Source: Candidatus Thorarchaeota archaeon | Lineage (GTDB): Archaea > Asgardarchaeota > Thorarchaeia > Thorarchaeales > Thorarchaeaceae | Assembly (NCBI GenBank): GCA_963726195.1 | Contig: CAVSBO010000008.1 | Span: 64,001 to 128,000 of the forward strand | Length of the DNA stretch: 64,000 bases | Direction: 5' to 3' | Part shown: one piece after another, positions 1 to 10,412 of the stretch | Position numbering within the stretch: the first letter of the stretch is position 1 | Layout: the number at the start of each line of letters is the position of its first letter | Notes under the pieces: model-generated | The model's input: only the letters and a program-made list of their open reading frames with translations | Told to the model about the DNA's origin: nothing | Database searches by the model: none | Translations under genes and position numbers: made by a program

Positions 1-750
1 GTCTGTAACCGAAACGATCAGTCAAGACAACCATGAAAACCACTTGGAACCCAGAGTTGAGGGCTTGAATAATTCCTATTGTGAAATCGTTTCCTCCAAG
101 GTCTGCCAACAGAAGAGGCCATAGTGTCCAGACAGCTTGAGCACTGCAGTTCCTGATTAGCATCGCCACTAATATCGGAAGGTTTCGCCTAACGATTTCT
201 GTTGGGAAGAAGGGCACGCTCATGTGCTGCGCAGGGATTGGGGGTAGCATCATCGCACTGGCAGTTCCTCCAGCCAAGAACAACGTCGACACAAGGAATG
301 CGAGATAGATTCCCGTACCCGCCGCATAGCCCGCAAGCAATGTGCCCACAGCCCAACCCAGCGCTCCATAAGAGGAGTATCTTCCCATCGGTATCTTTGA
401 CTCGTAAGCATATGCTGTCAGCGCACCCGGGTAGACGCCGATGCAGAGACCATTCACTATTCGGACAAACAAGAGAGTCTCGGCGTTGTCAGCTAACAGC
501 AGGACAGAGAAGCTGAGGAATGACAAGAGCATGCTAGCCCGGAGTATCAATCTGCGCCCGTGGATATCTCCCGCCCTTCCAAAGACATAGCTTGTCAAGA
601 ATGATGCGGCCGCATACGCACCAACTACCAATGAAATGTACAACTCATCAGCCCCCAAGTAGTCACGGGCGAGAATTGGTATGTAAGTGGTGGAGGACAG
701 AATGGCGGCGCCAGCCATGAACTGCATCGTTTCTATCTTCAAGTGCGGGT
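1..750 (-). CDS. MFS transporter (partial, runs off window start)
   Basis: Manual minus-strand translation MQFMAGAAILSSTTYIPILARDYLGADELYISLVVGAYAAASFLTSYVFGRAGDIHGRR contains MFS motif A (GxxxDxxGRR). Start approximate. Confidence 0.8.
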
Positions 751-848
751 CGGTCTTCGGCCCACCAAAGTGCACTTTTTAGTCGTTCTCTATGTCTCTG
801 CAAAGCTATTTCTTGTTACAGGTCTAAGGAGACCTCGGAGAGAGGACA

Positions 849-1244
849 ATGACTGGATTCTTCACACCCAAGGTGAAGTTCATCGCGATTACTGCGAACG
901 AGCTCTTCCTGGTTCCCTTGGCCATCATTGTTGTGTACTATTTCGCCCCGGAATATGTGTGGGATGTGGCCATTTTCTCGATTGCCTGTGCTGTGGTATT
1001 CGTGGTGGTGAAGTATTACTTGGTCTATCCTTCGTTACTGGATTCAGATTCATATGAGCTGTACGACTTGAAGGGAATGACTGTCGTCGTCACAGAGACC
1101 GTCACGCCCAATCGAGGCAAGATTAGAGTAGGCCAGGAAATCTGGGAAGCCCGGTGTGAGACAGGGGAGATTGCTCCGGGCACCAAGGTGCGTGTCTTGT
1201 CTAGGCAGAACCTGATGGTGATCGTCGCTGCAATCGATACCTGA
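849..1244 (+). CDS. NfeD-family membrane protein (C-terminal OB fold)
   Basis: Two TM helices followed by GKIRVGQEIWEAR...IAPGTKVRV, typical of NfeD C-domain. Confidence 0.8.
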   Translation: MTGFFTPKVKFIAITANELFLVPLAIIVVYYFAPEYVWDVAIFSIACAVVFVVVKYYLVYPSLLDSDSYELYDLKGMTVVVTETVTPNRGKIRVGQEIWEARCETGEIAPGTKVRVLSRQNLMVIVAAIDT

Positions 1245-1348
1245 CTCGTGTGAGTAAGCATGACGTTTTTTCTGGGAATTGCGGTTTTGCTATTATGTGC
1301 ATCCCTGCATTACTGAAGTATAAATCCACCCACGCAGAAATAGGCGGT

Positions 1349-1771
1349 ATGCCTTTGGAGGATATTCTCGTAGGACTTGCGATAGGACTCGTGTTCACAA
1401 TCCTTGTTTATGTCATCATGGTCATGAGAGGCAAGCGAATGTGGGCCGAACAAGAGGCTGGAATAAGAAAGGATGCGTCTGATCGAAGTCGATATGTTCT
1501 GAAAGGAAAGATAATGGAGCAATTTGTTCCCCTGCTACGTGACAAGTTCAAGCACGAGCCGGCAGATGCACGTTTCTTGGGGAGTCCGATCGACTACATT
1601 ATCTTCGACGGATACTCTGCAGTCAAAGATGACAACTCTGAAGATCCTATCAGTATAGTCATAGCCGACATTAAGACGGGGAACGCTCTGCTCAGCAGAA
1701 CCGAACGCAAGATAAAGGAAGCAGTCGAAGCCGGCAGGGTCCACTGGGAGACCATTCAGACAGATTTCTGA
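1349..1771 (+). CDS. Holliday-junction-resolvase-like endonuclease (Endonuc_Holl type) with N-terminal TM anchor
   Basis: GKIMEQFVP, DARFLGSPIDYIIFDG, DIKTGNA motifs. Confidence 0.8.
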   Translation: MPLEDILVGLAIGLVFTILVYVIMVMRGKRMWAEQEAGIRKDASDRSRYVLKGKIMEQFVPLLRDKFKHEPADARFLGSPIDYIIFDGYSAVKDDNSEDPISIVIADIKTGNALLSRTERKIKEAVEAGRVHWETIQTDF

Positions 1772-2154
1772 ACTGCCTCCTCTGAGCAGTCTTGGTAGAC
1801 CTGCGCCGCTGGATGCTGAACGCAGTGCTCGGAGAAGCACTCTTTCATCAGTACTCGTATGACTGCATCATGTATGATGTCATCTTGGGGCAGGCCTGAA
1901 AGGACGATATCGCATATCCTGATTGTTGGGAGAGCGACTATCTGAATATCGCTCTCTAGCTCATCCTGTGAGTCAATATCAACCTCCCTCAGTACATCAG
2001 TCGATACTCCGTATTGAGAAATGGCATTTGTCAGCATCTCGCTCGCAATGTCACAGAAGTAGCAGTTCTCGCCCCTGTATAGAGCAATGCAGCTCTGCCT
2101 GCCGCACAATGGCAACGGCGAGTTGAATGCAGAGGATAGCGGTCCTGTGCTCAT
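1756..2154 (-). CDS. Thioredoxin-fold protein
   Basis: CYFC CxxC motif; EVDID; ALPTI cis-Pro motif. Confidence 0.75.
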   Translation of the reverse strand: MSTGPLSSAFNSPLPLCGRQSCIALYRGENCYFCDIASEMLTNAISQYGVSTDVLREVDIDSQDELESDIQIVALPTIRICDIVLSGLPQDDIIHDAVIRVLMKECFSEHCVQHPAAQVYQDCSEEAVQKSV

Positions 2155-2220
2155 TCTTGCGCCTCCCGGGTGACTATTATAGTATATTCAAACATATTTA
2201 ACGATAGAGTGTGCCTAATA

Positions 2221-2342
2221 CCTACGGTCGGCAAGAGGACTATCCCAAGGTTAGGAACATGGAGGTCACACGACTGTCTTTGCAGACTAGTCTTCTACTG
2301 TTAGGAGGAAGATTCCTCACAGTAATCAGATTGCACCGTAGG
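2221..2342. ncRNA. Candidate structured ncRNA (multi-stem junction, 122 nt)
   Basis: Closing stem CCTACGGT(2221-2228)/ACCGTAGG(2335-2342) plus GCAA/TTGC. Internal hairpins at 2272-2292 and 2296-2324. Intergenic. Confidence 0.45.
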
Positions 2343-2451
2343 GTGAAAGAGGGGAATAAGAAAATTGGCGTTGCGGCGGACCTAGTCGTCGAGCCCGCCG
2401 GCAACGTGCATTCAAGCGTGCTAGACTGAAACGAAGCTGCTTCTCGTACGA

Positions 2452-2871
2452 TTAGTCGTAACGAGGGCGGCTTTCGTAGTAACGGCGATGGCGAGTCCTG
2501 TGGTGTTCGTACTCGGTCGCGTATCTCTTCCTAGGATGTTCGTGTTCTTTCGTGGCCCGCTTCTTGATCGTGAGGAAGACTTCGTCTGCAGCGATGTCGG
2601 CATCGTCTTTGTCGGATTTTGGCTTCCCGACAGATAGCATCTGTTCGTCCGTAAAGCGGGCTTTCTTATCAAGCCGGACGACAATTACATCCGGTTTGTT
2701 GAATCCGCTTTCTGCCTCAATTACAATACCAGAAGCAGATACTTTCGAACCAGACTCTATGTGAGTTCCTTCGATAGTAGCAACGATATCCGAGGTCTTG
2801 AGGTACTGCTTGACCCAATCAACCGCTTTGTCCATATCTTCGCCTTTGAAATACTGCTTAGCTTGTGACAA
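2452..2871 (-). CDS. Hypothetical protein
   Basis: 139-aa ORF with protein-like composition and an upstream GGTG SD-like motif. Confidence 0.6.
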   Translation of the reverse strand: MSQAKQYFKGEDMDKAVDWVKQYLKTSDIVATIEGTHIESGSKVSASGIVIEAESGFNKPDVIVVRLDKKARFTDEQMLSVGKPKSDKDDADIAADEVFLTIKKRATKEHEHPRKRYATEYEHHRTRHRRYYESRPRYD

Positions 2872-3181
2872 CTCGACACACCTTTGGTGGCTAGTATCCT
2901 AAAGGAGTAGCCCTAATAATCCTTTTACTGTCAGACTTTATTTCTTTTGCGGGGCAAGTCAATCGTTCTCCATGTACCGAGGATGTTCTGGCCTTGGAGA
3001 GCTCTTACGACGCATCTGGCCGAGCTTGTTCCTTCTGCTGTCCGTACAAGGGCGCCTTACGCCGATATCGTGAAAGAGCTCGTCTTTTCAGTTGAGCTTG
3101 CCCTATGATGCCCCCAATAGCAGACTCAAAGTCGTTCGTCATGTTTTTCATTCGGTACCGGCCTCAGATGCTTGAGACAAC

Positions 3182-4370
3182 TTGATGTCAGTCAAGGCGG
3201 ACGTGATTCCATCTTCGGAGGTTCTATCACGGGTGCAGAACCTACGTAAGAAGCTAAACGATGCCAACTTGGGCGGTGCATTGTTGCTGTCTTCCCAAGA
3301 GTGCTACTACTACTCCCGACTTGGCATCGAAGGGGCTGTCTTTGTGCCAGTGGAGGGGGAGCCTGTTCATCTCATCAAGCGCAACCTGGCATTTGGCTGC
3401 GCCCACTCGGCAATAGCGCGGGTTCAGGAGTTCGGAAGGCAATCAAAGCTGTTCGAGACTCTAGGAATCAAGTCGGGCACCAAGCTGGCAATTGAGGCTG
3501 ACTTGCTGCCCTTCTCGTTTGTGAAGTACTTACAGTCGAAAGCAGATGATATCGAGCTCGTTGATGGCAGTCAGCTGTTCAGGCAACTGCGTGCTGTCAA
3601 GTCTGATTTTGAAATCGGTCTCATCGAGCGAGCAGCGCGAACGGTTGACAAGATGCTCGGATTCTGTCAAGAGACTTCACGACCGGAGATGACCGAAATC
3701 GAACTGTCATCACGTCTGGATTCTTGGCTACTCCAAAACGGTCATGATGGTTTCATAACAACCCATGCTTTCAACTCATTGATGTTTCAGTATTCATACG
3801 TGGTCTCAAGCGCAGCCGCAGCCATGAACACGTACTTCACGCCGGTGTCGAGCACGGGGCTCTCGCTGAAGTATCCCTACGGTCCAAGCCGAACAAAGAT
3901 TGGCCGAGGGCGCCCCTTCTTGGTAGATGCCTGCGGTAATTGCCAGGGCTACATATCCGATACCACAAGGACGTTCGTATGCGGGCGTTTTGACAAATCA
4001 GATCGCGACCAATTGGACGCTCTGATTCAGGTGAGAACGTTCATCAGTCGTCAACTCAGACCTGGCTTGAATCTGGGAGAGCTGTATGGGCTTGTGCTTG
4101 AGCTGACACGTGAGCTCAAGATTGAAGAGCACTTCATGGGCGCTGGGCCCGATAAGGTTCCTTTCTTGGGTCACGGCGTGGGCTTGGAACTCGATGATTT
4201 GCCCGTGTTCCATGCTGGGGGACCGGAATTGCTGGCCGGCAACGTATTGGCGTGCGAACCAAAGCTGAATCATGCCGGGAAAGAGCGTGCTAGGCATTGA
4301 AGACACCTACGCGATCACACAGTCGGGTTGTAGGCGCTTGTCCAATGCCCGAGAGCGCTTTGAAGTATAG
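3182..4370 (+). CDS. Xaa-Pro aminopeptidase (M24), frameshift near 4268
   Basis: LRAVKS..EI, GYISDTTRTF, GHGVGLELDD, EPK; the alternate frame continues with GIEDT to TAG at 4370. Confidence 0.88.
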
Positions 4371-4389
4371 GCACCTAACAAGACCGCAA

Positions 4390-4855
4390 TTACTGGCCAA
4401 GAATGGCATGACCGACATTGAGACCGAACTGCTGAGCCTTCGGAATCTCGCCATCAACCAGGGGCCCGGTCCTGCTTTTGACCTCTGCAGAAAAGCCTTC
4501 GCCAACAAGCTTCACCCCACGCAGCTTCTCTCGAATCTTTCTCTGCAGCTTGGCGACCGCAATACCCTTGTTTGCACCCATGTAGGTATCAAACGCTGCA
4601 GACAGACTTGCCTCTCAAGTCCACTGAGGAAGCCCGTTCAAGGAATCCCGTCACTCCACGTGATGGTTCCTGCATGTGATTTGGGCCGCCGAAAAGGATT
4701 GCATCGTAGCGTAGGAGTTCGTCTGGCTGCGCTTCAGCTGGGCTAACCAATTTGCATTCGATATCGCCAGCTTGTTTGATGCCTTCCACTATCGCTTCCG
4801 CAATCCGCTTCGTGTTTCCGTACTTGCTCTCATAGACTACCAGTGCGCGCTTCAT
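4390..4855 (-). CDS. Flavodoxin-family protein (frameshift near 4590)
   Basis: YESKYGNTKRIAEAI FMN-binding motif; the C-terminal half is in ORF 4390-4581. Confidence 0.8.
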
Positions 4856-5097
4856 TTCTTGGTCTCGTCTAATACGACGTTCTCCCCCTTATGTCAATTT
4901 CCCGAAACGACACGGGAGTCTTCGACATGAATAGAACCGGGTCTTTGGCCTGAGACACATGCGGGCAAGGTATGGTGCTCAAGAGAACGAGTCATGCCTT
5001 GATTTCATCGACGGAGTCAGGGAAGACCATGACAGGAACGGTGATATTCGGAAGAAGATGAAGGCCGCAAGAGACCCACTCTAGGAGCGACGCTGCA

Positions 5098-5625
5098 ATG
5101 CGAGAGTTCAGCTTTGACTTCGTGGAAGGAAGAATCCGGAAAAAGACGTTTGGTGTGCTGACGACAATAGATCGCCAAGAGCGTCCTCACTCGACCGGGG
5201 TTCTCTACGGAATCTCCCCGCCGGAGTCCAAGTTTTCAATCTATGTGATGGCGGGTGCTGGTTACGCGAAAGTGCGGAATGTAAAGCGCAATCCAAACGT
5301 TTCCTTGGTGGTGACGTTTCCTCACTACTATGTGCGCTTTGTTCCCGCCAGCTATGTCATGTTCCGCGGAAAGGCAGAGGTCGTCCCGCCAGACGACACA
5401 GATGGTCGGTGGGCCTTCAATCAAAAGAGGATTCTGCGCATGAGCCAGTCTGTTGATGCAGCAAGCGAGCCGGTCTTCATTAGGCTTGACCCCGAACCGA
5501 CTGTCTTCTGTTTCGGAGTCGGAATCGGTACGATTCAGCTAAGGCGACACATTGAATCGGGCGCGTACAAAGTCATAATCCCGGAGGGACGCCTGGCCTC
5601 CAAGAAGAGCCATCAGAACCCCTGA
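5098..5625 (+). CDS. Pyridoxamine 5'-phosphate oxidase-like FMN-binding protein
   Basis: GVLTTID...PH, KVRNVKRNPNVSL motif. Confidence 0.75.
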   Translation: MREFSFDFVEGRIRKKTFGVLTTIDRQERPHSTGVLYGISPPESKFSIYVMAGAGYAKVRNVKRNPNVSLVVTFPHYYVRFVPASYVMFRGKAEVVPPDDTDGRWAFNQKRILRMSQSVDAASEPVFIRLDPEPTVFCFGVGIGTIQLRRHIESGAYKVIIPEGRLASKKSHQNP

Positions 5626-5639
5626 GAGTCACTATGAGC

Positions 5640-6050
5640 CTACTTCAGGGGCACGTACGATGACGACTTGGTTGCACCAATGCCTGGGTTGCCATGACTG
5701 ACCTTTCTTGTTGACGGCGCGAATTCACCCAAGACGTGTCCAATCATCTGGGGAATAATCTTGACCTTGGCGAAATCCTTGCCGTTATGAACTGCGACCG
5801 TCAGGTCAATCATCTCAGGAAGGACGACCATATCTCGGCAATGAGTCTTGACAATCACGTCTTTGCCTTTCTTCTGTGACTTCCTGGCATTCCTGAGCTT
5901 AGTGAGCAGCTTCTTCTGTCTCGGGGGTAGACCTCGTTTCAGTGTTCTTCTTCTGCGGCTTGGAAGAATCTCCATGAGATCATCTATGTTCATCTTAGCG
6001 AGTTCTTCAATTTCGTGCCCGCGATAGGTTGGAACACCTTTCTGAGACAT
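5640..6050 (-). CDS. rps19p: 30S ribosomal protein uS19 (archaeal S19P)
   Basis: KTHCRDMVVLPEM, HNGKDF, MIGHVLGEF, HGNPGIGATKSSSYVPLK. Confidence 0.97.
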   Translation of the reverse strand: MSQKGVPTYRGHEIEELAKMNIDDLMEILPSRRRRTLKRGLPPRQKKLLTKLRNARKSQKKGKDVIVKTHCRDMVVLPEMIDLTVAVHNGKDFAKVKIIPQMIGHVLGEFAPSTRKVSHGNPGIGATKSSSYVPLK

Positions 6051-6168
6051 CTAATCACCAGGTTGGCATCAGAGATGGCTAATGCTACTCAAATCGAGTC
6101 GAGGCATCCAAGACGCAACTTAAACGTTTCGTCAGGGTCTTTCGCAGGACATGCGACTCGGTGCCACC

Positions 6169-6690
6169 TTATGAAGGCTCGCCCTTTTGATCAGCTGCCT
6201 TCTTGACTGCATCAGGAACCCAGTCCATGGAATTCCTCAGTCCTGGATCCCTAATGAGTGCCAGCCTCGCTAGTTCAAGTGCCTTGTCCCATCGTTCCAA
6301 TTCGTAATTGATCTCGGCCATATGGAGTATCGCGAGAGGCAGTTTCTTCTCTCGCTTCAACGCAGTTTCAAACGCTGTTAACGACTCTTCAAGCATCCCG
6401 AGGATGCGAAGGCATACACCTTTGTTGAAAAGGGGAACGGGGTCCTTAGGTGCGATTGTAGCCGCTTTGTCCAGCAGGTCTAACGCCTCTTTGGCAGAGG
6501 GGCTGTCCTTCTTCGCGGCGCCCTCAGTTTCCATAAGCGCCACTGCCAGTGAAACCATCGCATTGGTGTGAGCCGGATTCTTGGAAACAATATCCCTGAG
6601 AATCGCTATTGCCTCCTCGGTCTTTCCACTAGTAAGTAGCATCGCGGCCTGCTGATACTCCGAGTCCTTCTTCCGTCCAAGTGCTGGCAT
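6169..6690 (-). CDS. Tetratricopeptide repeat protein
   Basis: Repeated helix-turn-helix TPR consensus (PLFNKGVCLRILG..EE.L..FE.AL). Confidence 0.8.
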   Translation of the reverse strand: MPALGRKKDSEYQQAAMLLTSGKTEEAIAILRDIVSKNPAHTNAMVSLAVALMETEGAAKKDSPSAKEALDLLDKAATIAPKDPVPLFNKGVCLRILGMLEESLTAFETALKREKKLPLAILHMAEINYELERWDKALELARLALIRDPGLRNSMDWVPDAVKKAADQKGEPS

Positions 6691-6755
6691 GGTGGTGTCG
6701 GATTGGACTGGAACCGACGATACTCTTAAGTCATCGCCTAATAGAACCGCCGCAC

Positions 6756-8115
6756 GTGGGACGTATCTTCGGCACAAACGGTGTGCGTGGAATCATTAAC
6801 CAAAGCATTACCGTGGACATGGCTCTAGACATCAGTAGGGCTGCTGCTACTATCCTAGGTGTCGGTCATGTTGCAATTGCCCGAGATTCTCGCATGGGCG
6901 GGGAGATGTTTTCACGGGCCATAACGTCAGGTCTCCTGTCGACGGGTTGCTCGGTCGTAGATGTTGGGCTCGCTCCAACTCCAGCGCTCCAATTCATGGT
7001 GCCCAGACTCGGCTGTGTTGGGGGCATTATGGTCACTGCATCACACAATCCCGGGGAGTTCAATGGCATAAAGGTCGTGGGACTTGACGGCATTGAGGTC
7101 TCTCGGGACGTTGAAAGCCGCATCGAAGAGGTGTACTTTGACAGGAAATTCAGAGTTGCTTCGTGGGACAAGATTGGAACTGTAGGAAGCTCATGATTCC
7201 GCACTGAGACAGTTCATGGACGGCATAAAGAATCACATAGACATTCAAAGGACGCAGAAACGGAGGCTCACAGTCGTTGTCGATTGTGCAAACAGTGTTG
7301 GTTCGCTGGTGACACCACAGCTCATGAGAGAACTTGGATGCAAGGTGTTCTCAATCAATGCACAGCTAGATGGTACCTTTCCTGGCAGGAAGCCTGAACC
7401 ACTTCCGGAGAACCTCACAGAACTGAGTCGGGCCGTCGTATCCATCGGGGCAGACATGGGAATTGCACACGACGGCGATGCTGACCGTGCAACTTTCGTG
7501 GATGAAAAAGGCCAGGTCCTCTGGGGTGATCAGTCGTTTGCGCTGATAGCCTCGCGAGTACTGGCCCGTAGACCCGGTTCAACTCTCGTAACACCGGTAA
7601 GCAGCGGGAGGTTGATTGAAGACATAGCCAAACAGACTGGTGCCAAGATTGTTTGGACAGAAGTGGGTAGTGTCGTGGTTTCTCACAAGGTGAAGGAAAT
7701 CGGAGCTGAACTCGGTGGAGAAGAGAACGGGGGCGTCTTTTACCCGCCGCATCAGCCAGTTCGAGATGGCCCAATGACGGCCGCCCAGGTTGTGGACATA
7801 ATGGCTGCCGATGGAGAAAGCTTGTCGAAGCTAGTTGAAAAACTACCTAGGTATGCCAACGCCAAGGTCAAGGTCCCAGTACCTGCCGAGAAGAAAGATC
7901 GTATACTCGGCGCTTTGCTTCGAATGACCGAAGGCCAAAACAGGGTCACGCTCGATGGAGTCAAGCTGATTTACGACGAAGGCTGGATTCTGATGAGACC
8001 ATCAGGGACTGAGCCTCTGTGGCGATGCTTTGCTGAGGGAAGATCTCAGAAGACCGCTGACAAGCTGTCTCAGCAAGGAGTGGACCTGATTCAAAAGGCG
8101 ATAGCGCAATCTTAG
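6756..8115 (+). CDS. Phosphomannomutase/phosphoglucosamine mutase (frameshift near 7190)
   Basis: FGTNGVRG, TASHNP, DGDADR, GEENGG, RPSGTEP motifs across two ORFs. Confidence 0.93.
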
Positions 8116-8207
8116 GTTATGGAATACGCAGGTCACCAATATGGCACCTGCAGTCATGGCTAGAACTCTGTGAAGCCGGTCAAATCGGAAAGAAAACAAA
8201 ATGCAAA

Positions 8208-8232
8208 GAGAGGGATTTGCTCGGTCCCTCTC
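8208..8232 (-). terminator. Hairpin terminator-like element
   Basis: GAGAGGGA...TCCCTCTC inverted repeat followed by a T-rich run on the minus strand, between convergent genes. Confidence 0.45.
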
Positions 8233-8261
8233 ATGAGGTAGTGATCCTCGGGTCGCAGCGC

Positions 8262-8636
8262 CTACTTCTTGGCCTTCGGAGGAGCCTTGGTCTCAGGCTT
8301 CTTCTCTTCTGGTTTTGCTTCGGGCTTCTTCTCCTCTTCAAAGTCGAAGTCCTCAAGTGGCTCAGGAGCTGGAGTTGTCACCATTGTCCAACCAATCCAC
8401 ATTCCGATAACAGCGATCAAGACCACGGCAAGCCAGATTGGGAGCATGATTAGAAACATCGGATCTGGCATGAAAAGGTCGCGCCATATGCCGGGCGGAA
8501 ATATGCTGTTGCCCCAAGCTCGGGCACCGGGTCCGAACCACGGGTTGGCTAGAATCACAAGATTCCAGGTGTAGTAGATTAGCACAAGAAATGCGACGAC
8601 GAGTATGAGAGCACCAATTCCTTTCTCTTTGCCCAT
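8262..8636 (-). CDS. Small 2-TM membrane protein, DPM2-like
   Basis: G..IL.V..L...YYT.....P...F.P......LP.......I..IG.WI...M pattern resembles eukaryotic DPM2; acidic/Lys-rich tail. Confidence 0.55.
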   Translation of the reverse strand: MGKEKGIGALILVVAFLVLIYYTWNLVILANPWFGPGARAWGNSIFPPGIWRDLFMPDPMFLIMLPIWLAVVLIAVIGMWIGWTMVTTPAPEPLEDFDFEEEKKPEAKPEEKKPETKAPPKAKK

Positions 8637-8729
8637 TAGTGTTCACTACCTACTCCGGTTTGAAAGCACTAGGAGGTTATCCGTTTCAGCCATAATAAAA
8701 GGATTGTGCAAACTGACATACTCCCACGG

Positions 8730-9430
8730 CTAAAGATTGTGAGGTTCTAAGGTCTGCATCGTCCTTGCAGTTGCCTCTTGGGGCGTATCAGTGCTGCCCT
8801 CCGACATATCACTTTCTACGTCGGATTGAGAAACGCCCACAGGACGCAATGCTATGTTGAACGAAGCATTGACGTCGGCGTTCTCCACGTACCCGCATGT
8901 TAGGCACTTGAATCTCTTACCGTTCCGGTCTCCTAAATGGCCGCACCTCGAACAGCTCTTACTCGTCCATGCAGGCTCGATGTAGGCTACGACTATTCCT
9001 TGCAGCTTGGCCTTGTAATCGACAAACTTTCGTAGCTGGCAGAAGGACCAACTGTTCAAGGAGTAGTTGAACGACTTTACATGTTTCTTGTCCTTTCGGA
9101 TGCCGCTAAGGTCTTCGAGCTTGATACCAGATCCCGAAGCCTTTGCTGTCTCGACTATCTTACTGCTCATCCTGTGGTTAATGTCCCTGACAATGCGGCT
9201 CTCTCCGTTCCTAATCTTCTTGACCATGCTATACTTCCTGCGTTTCTGGAGCCTGCGCCGGATGTTCTTGTACTTCTTGTGGATATGCCGGCATTGCTTG
9301 CCGAGCTTCCATACCTTTCCGGTCCTCGGATTACACACGACGGCCGCATGTCCGGTAGCGTTGAGGTCTACGCCAATGTAGTATTCTGGTTCCAAAGCTT
9401 CCTTCTCGGGTACGCTCACGCTGACATAGG
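8730..9430 (-). pseudogene. tnpB: tnpB 3' part (RuvC + Zn ribbon)
   Basis: IGVDLN, KLEDL, TSKSCSRC...CLTC, NADVNASFNI. Confidence 0.92.
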
Positions 9431-10034
9431 GATGTTTGCCATTCCATGCGTACGTTTCAGCACGTTAAGATACTACTTTGCTGATTTGTTCTTCACAGTG
9501 CTTCGAGTCCCACGAGTGTTAATCGCGGTTTTCGCTTTGGAATGATTGTGGTTTACGGCCGATTGAACGAGAATTGCTAGCGATCTCCCATTGATTTTGT
9601 CGTCCTTGAAAAAGTCGATAGTTCTCCATTTCTTGCCCTCAAGCCCGTTGTTGAATAGTTTGTCCGGGTCAGGAAGACTTGCACCTTCATAAAAAGTCAG
9701 CTTAACCTTGTCTTTGAAGGCATTTGCGACACAGACTATCCCATCGTGAGACCAGACTGGGGTACCCATCCATTTCCATTCCTCGACAATCTCGGGATCA
9801 GCATCGCGGATAATCTTGCGGATGTTGGTAAAAGTCACTCCGCGCCAATCAGTAAGTTTTGCGATTAAATCATTAATTAGATCACTTGCGTTCATTTTGA
9901 CATCTCCCATTTGAAGAGTTAATGAATCTATCAGGCTGATATGGTAATCTCTGCCCGCCATGTATATTGTGTGCCTGACCGGACATTAGTGTCAAACTGA
10001 AACGATAACGCGTACTTGGCCGCGTGTCAACATC
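9431..10034. mobile_element. 604-bp cargo cassette inserted in tnpB, flanked by GG repeats
   Basis: GG|GATGTT...AACATC|GG; removing it restores tnpB EEYAYVSVSVPE. Confidence 0.8.
9473..9895 (-). CDS. DUF1801 (YdhG-like) protein
   Basis: DWRG...IR..I..ADPEIVEEWKWMGTPVWSHDG, KVKLTFYEGASLPDP. Confidence 0.88.
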   Translation of the reverse strand: MNASDLINDLIAKLTDWRGVTFTNIRKIIRDADPEIVEEWKWMGTPVWSHDGIVCVANAFKDKVKLTFYEGASLPDPDKLFNNGLEGKKWRTIDFFKDDKINGRSLAILVQSAVNHNHSKAKTAINTRGTRSTVKNKSAK

Positions 10035-10311
10035 GGCATATTCCTCGTCGACTTCTATTTGGTTTACCTTCTCAAACTCGGGAAACTCATAGGCCAGAGT
10101 CAGGTTCAGGCAGGCCACCATGATGATTCGTTTCTCATGGTCGGCCTTGATTCCCTGTGATGGGACGATGAGGTTGACGTTCTTCGCCTTCTTGATTGTT
10201 TTATTCCGACCATATTTGCGAAGTATTTGGTTTGCGATCATGGATTTGAGACCAATGTGCTAGCTCTTCGAGGAAGTTCCGGTTGTGTCGGACCTTGTAC
10301 GTCAGTATCAA
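10035..10311 (-). pseudogene. tnpB: tnpB 5' part (with internal deletion/frameshift)
   Basis: LILTYKVRHNRNFLEEL ... HIGLKSMIANQILRKYGRNK ... FEKVNQIEVDEEYA, typical archaeal TnpB N-terminus. Confidence 0.8.
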
Positions 10312-10412
10312 TGATTGTTCTTCTCTTCGATGCACTTCTTAATGGTCTCTTCGGATATATGGCAACAAGACTGAGCGCTGGCCGTACAATACGTTGTACG
10401 GTTGGCAAGCAT
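10308..10412 (-). pseudogene. tnpA: tnpA (Y1 HUH transposase) remnant
   Basis: C-terminal HISEETIKKCIEE matches Y1 TnpA GHISEETIKKYIE with the Tyr replaced by Cys; most of the gene is deleted. Confidence 0.6.

Noticed and set aside
2221-2342. 5S rRNA (similar length and CCTACGG terminal stem)
   Set aside because: Lacks the conserved CGAAC loop and GAAGTTAAG motifs on both strands, and has a different stem topology
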